Source: Eutreptiella sp. 'Long Island Sound 2002' (lineage: Eukaryota; Protista; Euglenida). From it: a DNA stretch of 64,000 nucleotides. The translations under genes and the position numbers were made by a program. This document shows positions 25,358-37,700 of this stretch, piece after piece. The notes under the pieces were generated by a model, which did not search any database, was not told the origin of the DNA, and saw only the letters and a program-made list of their open reading frames with translations. The stretch lies in contig OZ038378.1 of assembly GCA_964036045.1 (NCBI GenBank), positions 193,998,001-194,062,000 on the forward strand. The letters run 5' to 3'. The first letter of the stretch is position 1. Every line of letters begins with the position of its first letter.

Positions 25358-25585
25358 TCATACGCGCCTTTCACAAAAAACAATTAGACTCTCCGAAAGC
25401 GCATCCCGTCCCCACGGTCGCTGGTCAAACGATGCATTGATCATTGAAATCCAATCTGCGTTGCACTGTGATGCACGCCGGAGCACTGCTGGAGGGCGAC
25501 CCAGGCAGTCTGATGGCCCAGCAACTCGCCGCTGATCGGCCAGTGCCGCCTCGAGCAGTTCCTCTTGGGCCTCTGGATCCAGAGG
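25358..25585 (-). CDS. Candidate terminal exon of an unresolved minus-strand gene
   Basis: Strong pyrimidine tract plus CAG, then PLDPEAQEELLEAALADQRRVAG... to TGA with GC3-rich codons. Upstream exons at 26.0-27.2 kb could not be linked with confidence. Confidence 0.4.
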   Translation of the reverse strand, partial: PLDPEAQEELLEAALADQRRVAGPSDCLGRPPAVLRRASQCNADWISMINASFDQRPWGRDALSESLIVFCERRV

Positions 25586-27984
25586 CTGCGAGCGGTCCAG
25601 CACACAGGAAAAGGAGTGCAGGAAAAAGCGTCGTACTTTTCTGTTTTGGCATAAATCACATGCACTTTTTCTCGGCATAAGTCACGGATGGAAATGGGAG
25701 ACAAAAACCTGCCCACATCCTGCGGGGGGGGGGGGGGGGTGACCTAATTAAAAAACAGACAAATGCAAACCAGAGGTAATGCACTCCACAGTCAGGCATA
25801 AGTGCATCTTTATTCTCTATGCCAAACCTGGTTGAACCTCAAGACACACACTGTGTCTGAAACAGAAAACAGAACATCATGTCTGACTACATTAGTCAGA
25901 CAGTCACAGTCAGTAGCTGTCAGTCAGACATCAGCAATCAGTGTCGGATAAAGACACCATGCATTACCGGCATGGCCGCCGGGGGGGGGGGGGGGCTGGG
26001 GAGGGCGGGGGGGTGCCCTACCGCACGAACCCCACGTGATTGCCTTGAATGCGGACCACGCCATGTGTTGTCGGACCAATGGGCCCCGTGGCAGCGCTGG
26101 GCTAAGAGCGTGTGCGGACCGCGGACGCACGTGTCCGGATCGGGGCCTGGCCAGCACCGGATCAGGCGACGGCGTGCCGCAGCACAGCGCAGTGTAGCGC
26201 CCATCAGCCACCCGCAGGAGCCACCGGTCATCGTGGGCGCTGCGCCGTGGGACGCAAGCGGGAGCGGCTCCGGGAAAAGAAGGGGCAGGTCACCGGGAAA
26301 CCTTTCGTTTCAATGGTCCATGAATCCAAGCGGAGCCGCGTGACGCTTTTGGGAGGCGATTCAGGTGGGAACAGCAGGCGGTTGGGCCCACCTTTGCTTC
26401 GTGATACAGGGGTATTTGGGTTGGGTTGGGTCATGGCTTGCACCGGAGGCGGGTTCCCACAGCCGGCGTGTCCTTCCCTCAGCGGCACGTCTGGGTCCAG
26501 CCCCGGCTGTCTGGTCTCACAGCCGCGCAGACTGCTGACGATCCCCGAACCTCACCAGGGCGCTGGTGAGAGGGAGATACCGCCGTGCCTGTGTGTATGC
26601 CCCGCGCGCTCCGGGGTCACAGGTGGCACTGCAAACTGAGCACTCGAGGGAGCGGAGCTGCCGGTGAGCCCGCTGCCCCTTGGTCACTTCTGACGAGACG
26701 GGACCCTGAGGGGTACACTGCTCGCCGACCCCTCCTGATGTGATACTGGGGAGGTCAAATTGGGCTCCTTGGGGTTTTGGCTCACCCACCCACCCATCCA
26801 TATACCCAGTAAGGGGAGGGGAGGGGGGGGGGGTCACAAGGGATGAATATAATTGGGGGGGGTCCCCCCCCCAGCCAGCCCCCCTCCCCCAGATGACGAA
26901 ATGACGATTACGAAATGCCGGCCAACCAAAGTACAGTCCAGTCACAGCCTTGGGTCCCTCCTCTCTTAGACACAAGACGAAGCACTGGACACGGGTCATT
27001 GCTGCAACCCAAAAAACAATGCGAACAGTGAACACGTTCTTTTTGACGCATTTTCCCGAAATGCGTTCCATTTCAGCCTCATCCTCAGAGCTGGATGAGT
27101 CAGACAGACGGGCGTTGGCAGCGGCGACACATGCCACGGTGAGGCATACTTGCAAAGCAAAAAGCAGTGGAAAATTGCAATTTCGTAATCGTCATTTCGT
27201 CATTTCAGGGGTCCTCAACCTCCCCCCCCCCCACCCCACCAAAATAATTGTGGCAGTATTATATCCATCCCTGGTCACAAGGCTTGGTCTACCGCCAACG
27301 TTGCCCGTAGACATAAAATGGCAGCACCCCCATGTGCCACAATGTGCCTCGGCCCATCACAACGTCGGCGGTCTACCAATCTCAGCAACCCACCCACCCA
27401 CCCAAAAGAGCTGTGACCCCCCCCCCCCCTCCGGGGGCACCTGCACTGTTCCCAAAATCAGGGGAAAACCAGAGAGACCCACCCACCCACCCTCAGACCC
27501 CCCCCCCCCCCCGGAAGAGTCTCAACCAGCCACTACGCAAAGGCCTGGTCGGTCTCAAACCCCTGATCCCCTGTGTACTGTGGTGTGCTGTGATGTAGCG
27601 CATGCGGTTGGGGTGCCAACGGCCACACGCTGGTCGACCCCCCCCCAAAACCGGAGAGGATGGTCCTTGGCGCCCCCCCCCCCGCGCCCCACCCCCCGCA
27701 ACACCAACTGCCGGGCTACGGTACACCCGGACCTCAGCAGGTGATCGGTTTCTGCGGTCGGTTCCAGGGCAAGCGGCGTCGGCTAAGCTCCAGCCGCCGT
27801 CGGCTCACCGCAGCCCTGCCCCTTGGGCCGGCGTTTTGGTGTCAAAAACAACAGCGGAAACGCCTCGTTCCTCGAGTACAGCCCTGCCACCGGATGGTGT
27901 CGTCACTGCGGATGGTGTCGTACTTGACGGCAGAGGACTTTCCCTGGGGCCTCTCCCAGGCGCCACCAACGGTTCCTCGGGGGT

Positions 27985-28332
27985 TCATGCGCCATAGTAC
28001 ACGTCGGATGCCCCATACCCCCTCTGCGAGTGTGGCATCAGAGTGTCGAGGTCATCCCTCCGACTCTGTCCGAAGGTCAGGGGGTTGATGTAGCAGCTGC
28101 GAAGACACCCGCACTGGGCCAGGATGCCAAACCCACAGAGGGCTGCGGCAATCCCCACCAACACCATCCCCCAGTTGTGGCCGGGCTGCGAGTCAATGTT
28201 GTTTAGGGCCAAAGAGGCAACCTCGGTGTCTGACCCTGCTTGTGACGGCTGGGGTGCCTGCAGCGGTTGCAGCGGTTGCTGCGCTAGGCTGGTGCCGATG
28301 GGGCTGTAGTTGTCCACCACTTTGATCTGGAC
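27985..28332 (-). CDS. DUF4397-like membrane protein, exon 5 (Q/P linker, TM helix, tail, stop)
   Basis: CTCTCGCAG acceptor, phase 0. VQIKVVDNY...WGMVLVGIAAALCGFGILAQCGCL...GYGASDVYYGA*. A further downstream exon via the GTATGG at about 28017 cannot be excluded. Confidence 0.8.
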   Translation of the reverse strand, partial: VQIKVVDNYSPIGTSLAQQPLQPLQAPQPSQAGSDTEVASLALNNIDSQPGHNWGMVLVGIAAALCGFGILAQCGCLRSCYINPLTFGQSRRDDLDTLMPHSQRGYGASDVYYGA

Positions 28333-30734
28333 CTGCGAGAGCGTTGAGGGTCCGGCCTAGGCAGAGAGTCGGCCGGGCCGTAGGCAAAGTCCAAGTGCAC
28401 GTTGGAGAAGGAGGCACGGGGGTGTGGAGGGACACAGGAATGCACAGCACTGGAGGCACAACCTCGGGGCGCCTCAAAAAGGCATTGATTTCCAAACGTT
28501 ATATTCGTGTTCACGACAATGCGACTGTGGCTGCATCCCGGGCCCAGTTAGAAGCCGCCCTCTCCCGAGTGCATGTTGTGCTATCAAGTGGGGGTTCACG
28601 GAGCCATTTTCGTAACCCCAAATATGAGCGCTGATTCTTGCACCGGAAAGGACATTCCATCCCAAATAAGACACTATTCCGTGCAGATTGCTTCTCGTCC
28701 CGCCCCATTGGCTCCACCATGAGGCATGTATCACAGCATGCGCCTGGAAGTACAGGACTGCCATGGATCAACGTGGGGCTCTTCTGTCAGGGGCCTTGAT
28801 TTTGGCCATTTTTCGGCAAAAATGTTTGCAAAAGGGGGGGCAAATGACCACCTTTCAAGACCCATCTCGACGCGCTGATTCCAAACATACCACTTGCATT
28901 TTTTTGGTTTTTGGTCCCCATGTCGGTCCCATGCAGACCATATGCCCCCGTAATGGCCTGACAGAAGAGCCCCACCCCCTGGGGGTCTTGAAAAAGGGGC
29001 TCATACGACCCCTCCTTCCCTTGGAGCAATTTTCCACCCGCCCCCTCCCGCCGCCCCCCATGTCCCCACGTACCCTGTGGGACATCGTCCAATGAATTGG
29101 GCTCTCCCCACAGAAAGTGTGGACGCATGACCTCGTGCCCACACACTCCCACGACCACTTTCGTCCGATCCCCTGGCGCCCCCTGGGCTATCATCGCCTG
29201 GTCTCGCACAAATGCCGTCCCAGGCTTCAATCCCGGCCTGGCTACACCCAGTGTGCCACGTTTCAGAGGGGCGGTACCCCACAACTGCCGTGCCCGCACC
29301 GCAGTCTCCACCACCATCTCAGTCTCCATGGGACCCCAGCACACTGCAGCCTGGCACACCCCTCGGTGGCTGCGTGGCTGTCATCCCGGCCCCAGCCCCT
29401 GGGCCATTGCAATCCCGGAGACCCGCGCATGACAGCGCGCCTTGTCATCCCGCAATCGTTGCACCACAGCCTCGGGTCTCACCTCAGTGGTCTGCGTGCC
29501 GTGCGACGTGCAGTAGGGACATCCCAACAGAAAGTCGTTGATTCTGTAAACACTGCCCCGCGGGTGGACACACACACACACACACCCTTCCCAGCGGCGG
29601 CGCCCTTCAGCGAGGACCACTGGCGTCACCCCGTGCCCCTGCCAATGTGTGCCCGTGCCCCTCCCACTGTGAGCCCATGCCCTCCTTCGACAGGACTCCG
29701 TCTGGAGTCGTGGCCTGCCACTGACGATGGCCCTCAGCACTTATAAGTCGATACCCCTTGCACTAATGTGTGACTTGTGCGGCGGTCCGCCACCGCGTGT
29801 ACCTCTTTGCCCGGCTGTCAGTGCAACACATGCTTCTGTTTGTCTTGATTCGGTTGTCCGAATGGCCCCTGCGCCGGGTAATGGCCGCTTGCAATTGAGG
29901 CGAGTGCGGGTTCCGCCTTCTATTTCCAGATGCGCTGGGGGTACTACTCCACGTGCCACCTCCCCGGGCCGTCTTCCATTGTGCCCAACCGCTTGAAACC
30001 AATTCCACGGCCCTTTTTGGGGCCGTTTCCCACACGTTCGGTAACCGCAAGTGATCAGCCTGCTCTTGGGGCAGTGCGAACGGAGGCGATCACCCGCGTG
30101 CGGCCCTGAGGTAATCGTTTGCCCTTTGCTGCAGACCCGGCGACAACCTGCCCTCAGCCCTGAGATCCTGGAAATGACCCTGTTGTGCATACATCGCTCA
30201 CCCGGAGCGGTGGGTGAGGCATTGTATGATGGGCGGACCCGGCCTAATGGACGGATGCAGTTTGCTCTGGAACATGCGTTTCCAAAAAGGGGTGGGGTCT
30301 GTACTGCGCATAGCCCCACAAACGCCATGAGGCAAACCTCGTTTTGAAAGCACCTCTTCACCTTCACAGCCCCAGGACGGTGCACTTCTGCACGGGGGAC
30401 TACACCAATGACACATGGGGCGACAGCCCTGAACGCCCCGCAACGCAACAAGACGTGGCTGACGCCCCTCCTGGCCCCGGCACTCGGAGGCACAACGGTA
30501 CTACACACATGGTACGCGCATACCAACGCATCCGGACGCCGTCCCAGTCCGACAACCAACACCAAACATACCCTGGACTTACTACAGTGCCCTGTGCATG
30601 CCCCTGTCAGACCATTCTACGGTACTGGCAGGAGTGCAGTGGGGCGTGGGTACCAACCGCATCAACTGGGCCGAGGAAGTGCCCCCGAGGAAGTGTTGCG
30701 GGCTACAGGGGGGGGGGGGGGGGGCAACATCCAG

Positions 30735-31170
30735 CACACGGCTGCAGCCCGAGAGCCTGCAGCCGGTGAGGGTCCAGCAGGCAGCGTGCACGGAGCGGCG
30801 GCAGGCAGGAGCGTCCGGATGGGGGGGACTTCACCCGGTCAGGGGGGGCTGGGCCACCCCAGGGCTTCTTTTGAGCAGGGGGGGGGAGGGGGGGAGGGGG
30901 TTTTGGACCCAAAACTTGGTGTACCAAAAATGGCCTGACCAGATTTTCCCTATTGTAAATTTCGTTTTTTCCCACTATGGTCACTTTGGTCTGGGGAGGG
31001 GGGGAGGGGGTTTTGGGGGAGGGGTCCCCCCCCCCCTTGGTTTTGAATTATTCTAAAGAAGCCCTGGGGGTGGCGCACCGCCCACTACTCCGCCAGCAAG
31101 CGGCGGGCGAGGGGGGCTGGGGGGTGGCGCACCGCCCACTACTCCGCCAGCAAGCGGCGGGCGAGGGGGG
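30735..31170 (+). repeat. Repeat copy 1 (CACACGGCTGCAGCCC...CCACTACTCCGCCAGCAAGCGGCGGGCG), interrupted by a MITE
   Basis: Diverged direct repeat of 31613-31790, with a tandem duplication of the CCACTACTCCGCC unit. Confidence 0.75.
30860..31066. mobile_element. CAG...CTG MITE (CAGGGCTTCTTT family)
   Basis: TIR CAGGGCTTCTTT / AAAGAAGCCCTG. The flanks are inverted (GCCACCC / GGGGTGGC) rather than a TSD. Confidence 0.75.
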
Positions 31171-31384
31171 GGGGGGGGGCTCATCGTCCCATGGCGGTGA
31201 CTTTACAGTGGGGAATTTGTTTTCCCGGGGGTTGCCAAAAAAACTGCAGGAAATTTTGCGGACCATTCCGGTCAGGCATGTTGTATAGGGCTCGGCGGAT
31301 GCAGAACTCAACACAGCCGCAGCGGAACGCTCATTCTTGGGGCACTGCGCGGGGTCCCCTCGCGGCGCGGGGAAGGCACAGTAC

Positions 31385-31555
31385 CTCGGGGTAGAGGCCC
31401 AGAAGGAGCATTGTGTAGGACTGCTGCGAGACGCACGACGGAACGGTCGCCGTGCCCAGAACCTCGCCACTGTCCGAATTGGTGCGGACTGTGAATTGCA
31501 GAGGGCAGGTGGACGCCGGGACGGTGATGAAGTCCGATGGCGACCCGTAGGGAAT
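31385..31555 (-). CDS. DUF4397-like membrane protein, exon 4
   Basis: CTCTGCCGCAG acceptor, GAG|GTACTG donor, 171 bp, phase 0/0. IPYGSPSDFITVPAS...QSYTMLLLGLYPE. Confidence 0.88.
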
Positions 31556-31612
31556 CTGCGGCAGAGGGGGCGGGGAAGGGCACCTCGAGACGGGGGCGGG
31601 CGGGCACCATCC

Positions 31613-31790
31613 GGCACACGGCTGCAGCCCTGACCCGAGAGCCTGCAGCTGGTGAGGGTCTAGCAGGCAGCGGCGGCAGGCAGGAGCGTCCGGATGGGGG
31701 GACTTGACCCGGTCGGTGGGGTGTGGGTTGTGACCCACCGTCCACTACTCCGCCAGCAAGCGGCGGGCGAAGGGGGGGGGGGGCTGGGAT
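31613..31790 (+). repeat. Repeat copy 2 (direct repeat of 30735-31170)
   Basis: Same motif order without the MITE. Confidence 0.75.
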
Positions 31791-33029
31791 TTTGTACGGG
31801 GAGTATTTCGCCGGGGAAATTTTCGGGAGGGGGTTAGATTTCGGCGCCCTTGGGACTCGCCAAGCTCCAACACCTGCACTACACTGCCGACACCCCAAAA
31901 TTTCGCCGCGGAAAATTTCACCACCTCCCTTAAAAACGAAAATTTCCCACAAGATTACCCCCCCCCCACGAAGCCCCCTCCCTCTCTCCCCCCTGTGCCC
32001 CGCCAGCAAGCGGCGGGCCATGACAAATCCCTGGATCGCTCGAGTCCGACCGGAATGTTGCATTGGATGCCCCCCCCAAACTGCCACTCTGCCCCAGTGC
32101 CGAGTGCCGAGCGGCAGGGGCAGCGGGGGCGGGAGGGGGAGGGGGGGATAGCGCCGGCTGGCATGGCAATGATGAGGAGGAGGATCAGAGTTGCCAGGCG
32201 TGGGACGAAATTTCGTACACATGGACCGCAGTTTGACGTTTGCAGGACGAAAATGGAGCCCCTGCCCCCCCCCCGTGGCCTTGTCAAGGCACCATGACCC
32301 TATGCTACGATTTGATGGTCTTCTGGGATTAGTTGAGGAAACGAATGCAGCATCACCTCCAGAAGTTGCTGTCAGTAACACATACTTCCTGAGCACACAA
32401 ATGAGGAGATACAAAGCCAGCCTTGGTACGACCAATAGCACACCACTGCGGCTTCCTTCAACACCTCCTGACATGGCCCAAGATGGAGGCTCCAAAATTA
32501 AAGCTGACCACCCAAAACCTTGCCGTGCATTTCAAGCGCTCAAGCCATGGCTGCAGACGAGTTTTCACCTGGCAAACCAATTTATGACGCTTCACCGTGT
32601 CTTCTTAATCGAGAACAAGCTTTTCTCCAGTTGTTCAACACGGTATCTGACAACAACCTCAGTACAACTTTGATGTACGTCCTAAACTACCGCAAGTGGT
32701 CGATGCTGCGCCAAACCGGCCTCCCCGTCTTGGTGTCCAGCACCACAACTTGACGGTAACGCACGCATCATCATCGCAGCTAGCAACTCCACCTGACAAT
32801 GGTCCAAGAATATATCCCTGAGACCTGTGCTTTGTGGTGACAGATTGTTAATGAGTGGGCCCTACCCCCCCTTCCAGTTATTACTTGGCCTGTTGCAGAT
32901 TGTTGTTGTCTGCGGACGCAGATCACTACAGGAGATGGATGAAGATGGGGACCACCATCTCTGCCCCAGACGCCTGCTGGGGACCTTCTAAATGCACCCT
33001 TGGCTAACGGACCACAAAGGGGGAATGAC

Positions 33030-33147
33030 CTCCACCCATTCCAGATCGGAATCCACTGCCTTGATGGTCACCGGGTCGGTACCCACTGCCAAATGGATGA
33101 ACCGCACCGCTGCGACATTGTAGGTGTATGCCCAGTTGTCCACAGAC
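33030..33147 (-). CDS. DUF4397-like membrane protein, exon 3
   Basis: GTGTGCAG acceptor, GAG|GTCATT donor, 118 bp, phase 2/0. SVDNWAYTYNVAAVRFIHLAVGTDPVTIKAVDSDLEWVE. Confidence 0.88.
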
Positions 33148-33283
33148 CTGCACACAGAGCAGGACAGCAGAGCATTCCACAGCATTCCACAGCACCATAC
33201 AATACAGCACCACGCTGCACTGCCCCAGAGCACACCAACAAAAAAGAGCTGCAACGCAACGCATGTCACAGTACACTACAGTA

Positions 33284-33615
33284 TCCCCCCCCCCCTTGTA
33301 ATAGCTACGGAAAAGTCCCAAGTTAATACGGTCCCTATGCCTACTGTAGCTTAGACAAGGCCGTAGCTTGCACGTACCACATAAATGGGGAGCTGGTACA
33401 AGAAAGGGGAATATAATGCACAAATGTCCCCAAAATTAGAGTTAAATGGGTTCAAGTGGGCAAACACTCACAACAAATGTGTCCATGGCTCTGTGTAGCT
33501 GGCAAATTTGTCACCATGTCTTATGCGGCCACACCGAATCAAATTAGGTCCAGATTAATACGGTCCCTACGCCCGCTGTAGCTTGGACAAGGGCGTAGCT
33601 GTTACAAAGGGGGGC
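33284..33615. mobile_element. MITE-like element with C-run TIRs
   Basis: TIR CCCCCCTTGTAATAGCTAC / GTAGCTGTTACAAAGGGGG. Internal direct repeat TTAATACGGTCCCTA..CTGTAGCTT.GACAAGG occurs twice. TSD not resolved. Confidence 0.7.
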
Positions 33616-34341
33616 CTCAATTGGTCAGGTGTGGACCTGCCACTTAGCTCCAGCCGCGCCTGCCTCACGACCTTCATTGCCAACTCAGTTCCTTGATTGT
33701 GCGTGTCACTCGGACAGTGCAATGCAGTTCTTGTCCCTTCCCTCCGCCCTGGATGGGGTAAGAGTTGGGCTGCCTCTACAGGGTTCTGGGCTTTGTCGCC
33801 TTTGTGGACTGAGTTTGGAGAAAGGGGGGGGGGGTGCAATACAACAGAACGCAGTACAGTGGAATACTGTACCGCGCAGAGCATTACAGCGCAGTACAGT
33901 ATTGCAATGCAGTGCAGTGCAGTGCAGTGTAGTGTTGTGTCGTGTAGTGTAGGGTCTGTTAGCAGCTGTCTCATAGTCCAGGCTGCACAGTCCATCTCTT
34001 CCTTTATTGCACTACCAACTGCCCTGCTCACCGCGCTGCTGGCCCCCATCAGTCCTAGGGAGGGGGGTGGGTGCCACCTTAAGCAAAATTCTGGTCCCAA
34101 CAGTAGTGCGACGGTGCTACTGTGCACACAAAAATCATCTCCAGATGTGGACGGTAGGAACAGAGCAACACTGGACACAGCATGTGTACTTCAGGGGATC
34201 AATGGGCGCATCTAGTCAACTGACTGTCCCCGCCAAGACGCTTTCAGCCATCGGTACATTGGAGCGATGCAACGCAAAACCCATTCATCGTGCCGCCTTC
34301 TTGGTTTGGGATGTACACGGTGGAAGATACACAGAGCATAC

Positions 34342-34476
34342 CACAAAGTGTTCGTGTCATTGAGAGTGCCATAGATGATGTAGGTGAAGGGAAAGGCGGC
34401 AGGCAAATGCACAGTCTCTTGCGCCAACACAGTTCCACTGTCCTCGGTTTTGACAGTCATCTGCGTGCTCCCGGAT
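34342..34476 (-). CDS. DUF4397-like membrane protein, exon 2
   Basis: CCTTTCACAG acceptor, TG|GTATGC donor, 135 bp, phase 2/2. SGSTQMTVKTEDSGTVLAQETVHLPAAFPFTYIIYGTLNDTNTL. Confidence 0.88.
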
Positions 34477-34785
34477 CTGTGAAAGGCACGCGAGGCAACA
34501 GCATATCGGACGACTGCAGGCCTCTGCACTCTGAGCAAAGGGCAGAGCCATGCAAAACTGTGGCGCATGAGCATCAGTTTCCATTGATTTCGATGCTTCT
34601 GTGGTTGCTTACAAGACCGGCCGACAACAACAACGGCGACAGACAACTGCAAACCAGAGGTTATGCACTCCCCTGGGAATTGGGTTTGGGTTTCGTAGGC
34701 CCGGGCATAGAGGCAGCTGATCAGGGGCGTTATGCACTCTCCCCCTTCCTCGTGAGTACCCTGCTGTTCGACCCTGCTTGACCGT

Positions 34786-37700
34786 GCTAATACACCGTGT
34801 GTCCTGAGCTATTCAATTCATGACCATAGCAAATGCACCATGTGTCCTGAGCAATTCACTGCATGACCAGAGCAAATACACAGTGCGTCTTGAGCAATTC
34901 CCTGCATGTCTAGAGCAAATACACCGTGTCTTTTGATCAATTCACCGCATGACAAAACCCAATACACAGTGTGTCCTGATCAACTCACTGCGTGACTAGA
35001 CCGAATAAACCGTGTGTCCAGAGCTATTCACTGCATGACCAGAGCAAATACACCATGTGTCCTGATCAATTCACTGCGTGACCAGAGCAAATACACCATG
35101 TGTCCTGAGCAATTCACTGCATGACCGGAGCAAATACACCGTGTGTCCTCAGCAATTCACTGCATGACCGGAGCAAATACACCGTGTGTCCTAAGCAATC
35201 CACTGCATGACTAGAGCAATACACCGTGTGTCTTGAGCAATTCAATGCATGACTAGAGCAATACACCGTGTGTCTTGAGCAATTAAATGCATGACTGGAC
35301 CAAATAAACCGTGTGTCCAGAGCTATTCAATTCATGACCATAGCAAATGCACCATGTGTCCTGAGCAATTCACTGCATGACCAGAGCAAATACACAGTGC
35401 GTCTTGAGCAATGCCCTGCATGTCTAGAGCAAATACACCGTGTCTTTTGATCAATTCACCGCATGACAAAACCCAATACACAGTGTGTCCTGATCAACTC
35501 ACTGCGTGACTAGACCAAATAAACCGTGTGTCCAGAGCTATTCACTGCATGACCAGAGCAAATACACCATGTGTCCTCAGCAATTCACTGCATGACCGGA
35601 GCAAATACACCGTGTGTCCTAAGCAATCCACTGCATGACTAGAGCAATACACCGTGTGTCTTGAGCAATTCAACGCATGACTAGAGCAATACACTGTGTG
35701 TCTTGAGCAATTAAATGCATGACTAGACCAAATAAACCGTGTGTCCAGAGCTATTCACTGCATGACCAGAGCAAATACACCATGTGTCCTCAGCAATTCA
35801 CTGCATGACCGGAGCAAATACGCCGTGTGTCCTAAGCAATCCACTGCATGACTAGAGCAATACACCGTGTGTGTTGAGCAATTCAACGCATGACTAGAGC
35901 AATACACTGTGTGTCTTGAGCAATTAAATGCATGACTAGACCAAATAAACCGTGTGTCCAGAGCTATTCACTGCATGACCAGAGCAAATACACCATGTGT
36001 CCTCAGCAATTCACTGCATGACCGGAGCAAATACGCCGTGTGTCCTAAGCAATCCACTGCATGACTAGAGCAATACACCGTGTGTGTTGAGCAATTCAAC
36101 GCATGACTAGAGCAATACACCGTGTGTCTTGAGCAATTCAATGCATGACTAGAGCAATACACCGTGTGTCTTGAGCAATTAAATGCATGACTAGACCAAA
36201 TAAACCGTGTGTCCAGAGCTATTCACTGCATGACCAGAGCAAATACACCATGTGTCCTCAGCAATTCACTGCATGACCGGAGCAAATACGCCGTGTGTCC
36301 TAAGCAATCCACTGCATGACTAGAGCAATACACCGTGTGTCTTGAGCAATTCAACGCATGACTAGAGCAATACACTGTGTGTCTTGAGCAATTAAATGCA
36401 TGACTAGACCAAATAAACCGTGTGTCCAGAGCTATTCACTGCATGACCAGAGCAAATACACCATGTGCCCTGAGCAATTCACTGCATGACCGGAGCAAAT
36501 ACACCGTGTGTCCTAAGCAATCCACTGCATGACTAGAGCAATACACCGTGTGTCTTGAGCAATTCAATGCATGACTAGACCAAATACACCGTGTGTCCAG
36601 AGCTATTCACTGCGTGACCAGAGCACATACACCATGTGTCCTCGGCAATTCACTGCATGTCCAAGGCAAATACACTGTGTGTCTTGAGCAATTAAATGCA
36701 TGACTAGACCAAATAAACCGTGTGTCCAGAGCTATTCACTGCATGACCAGAGCAAATACACCATGTGTCCTCAGCAATTCACTGCATGACCACAGCAAAT
36801 ACACCATGTGTCCTCAGCAATTCACTGCATGAGAAGCAAATACACCGTGTGTGTTGAGCAATTCAATGCATGTCAAAGGCAAATACACCGTGTGTCTTGA
36901 GTGTTTCTCTGCATTGACCTGAGCAAATACACCGTGAGTCCTGAGCGATTCACTGCAAGTCAAAGACAAATACACCGTGTGTGTTGAGTGATTCACTGCT
37001 TGACCGGACCAAATTCATCATCTGTCCTGAGCAATCCACTGCATGTCCAGAGCAAATACACCGTGCTTCCTGACCAACTCACTGCATGTTGAGAGCAAAT
37101 ACGAGGTGTGTCCAGAGTATTATACCGCATGACCAGAGCAAATACAGGGTGTGTCCTGAGCAATTCACTGCATTGACCTGAGCAAATACACCGTGCGTCC
37201 TGACCAACTCACTGCATGTTGAGAGCAAATACGAGGTGTGTCCTAAGCAATTCACTGCATGACCATAGCAAATGCACCATGTGTCCTGAGCAATTCACTG
37301 CATGACCAAAGCAAATACACCGTGCGTCCAGAGCAACTCATTGCATGGCCATAGCAAATACACCGTGTCTTTTGATGAATTCACTGCATGACAAAACCCA
37401 ATACACCGTGTGTATTGAGCGATTCACTGCATGGCTCGACAAGTACACCGTGTGTCCTGAGCAATTCATCGCATGACCAGAGCAAACACACCGTGTGTCC
37501 TAAGAGATTCACTTCAAAACTAGAACAAACACACTGTGTGTCTTGAGCAATTCCCTGCATGTCCAGAGCAAATACACCGTGTGTCATAAGCAACCCACTA
37601 CATGACGAGAGCAAATACACCGTGGGTCCTGAGCAATTCACTGCATGACAACACCAAATACACCGTGTGTCCAGAGCAATTCACTGCATCACCAGAGCAA

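Noticed and set aside
26517-27155. 212-aa ORF as a single gene
   Set aside because: It reads through a repeat copy (RNRHFVI, G-runs); at most parts of it are exonic.
30852-31074. 8-bp TSD for the 30860 MITE
   Set aside because: The flanks are inverted complements, not direct repeats, so it is not counted among the TSD-bearing examples.
31308-32495. 395-aa ORF
   Set aside because: Composed of G/C-run repeats, and it overlaps the true exon 4 in another frame.
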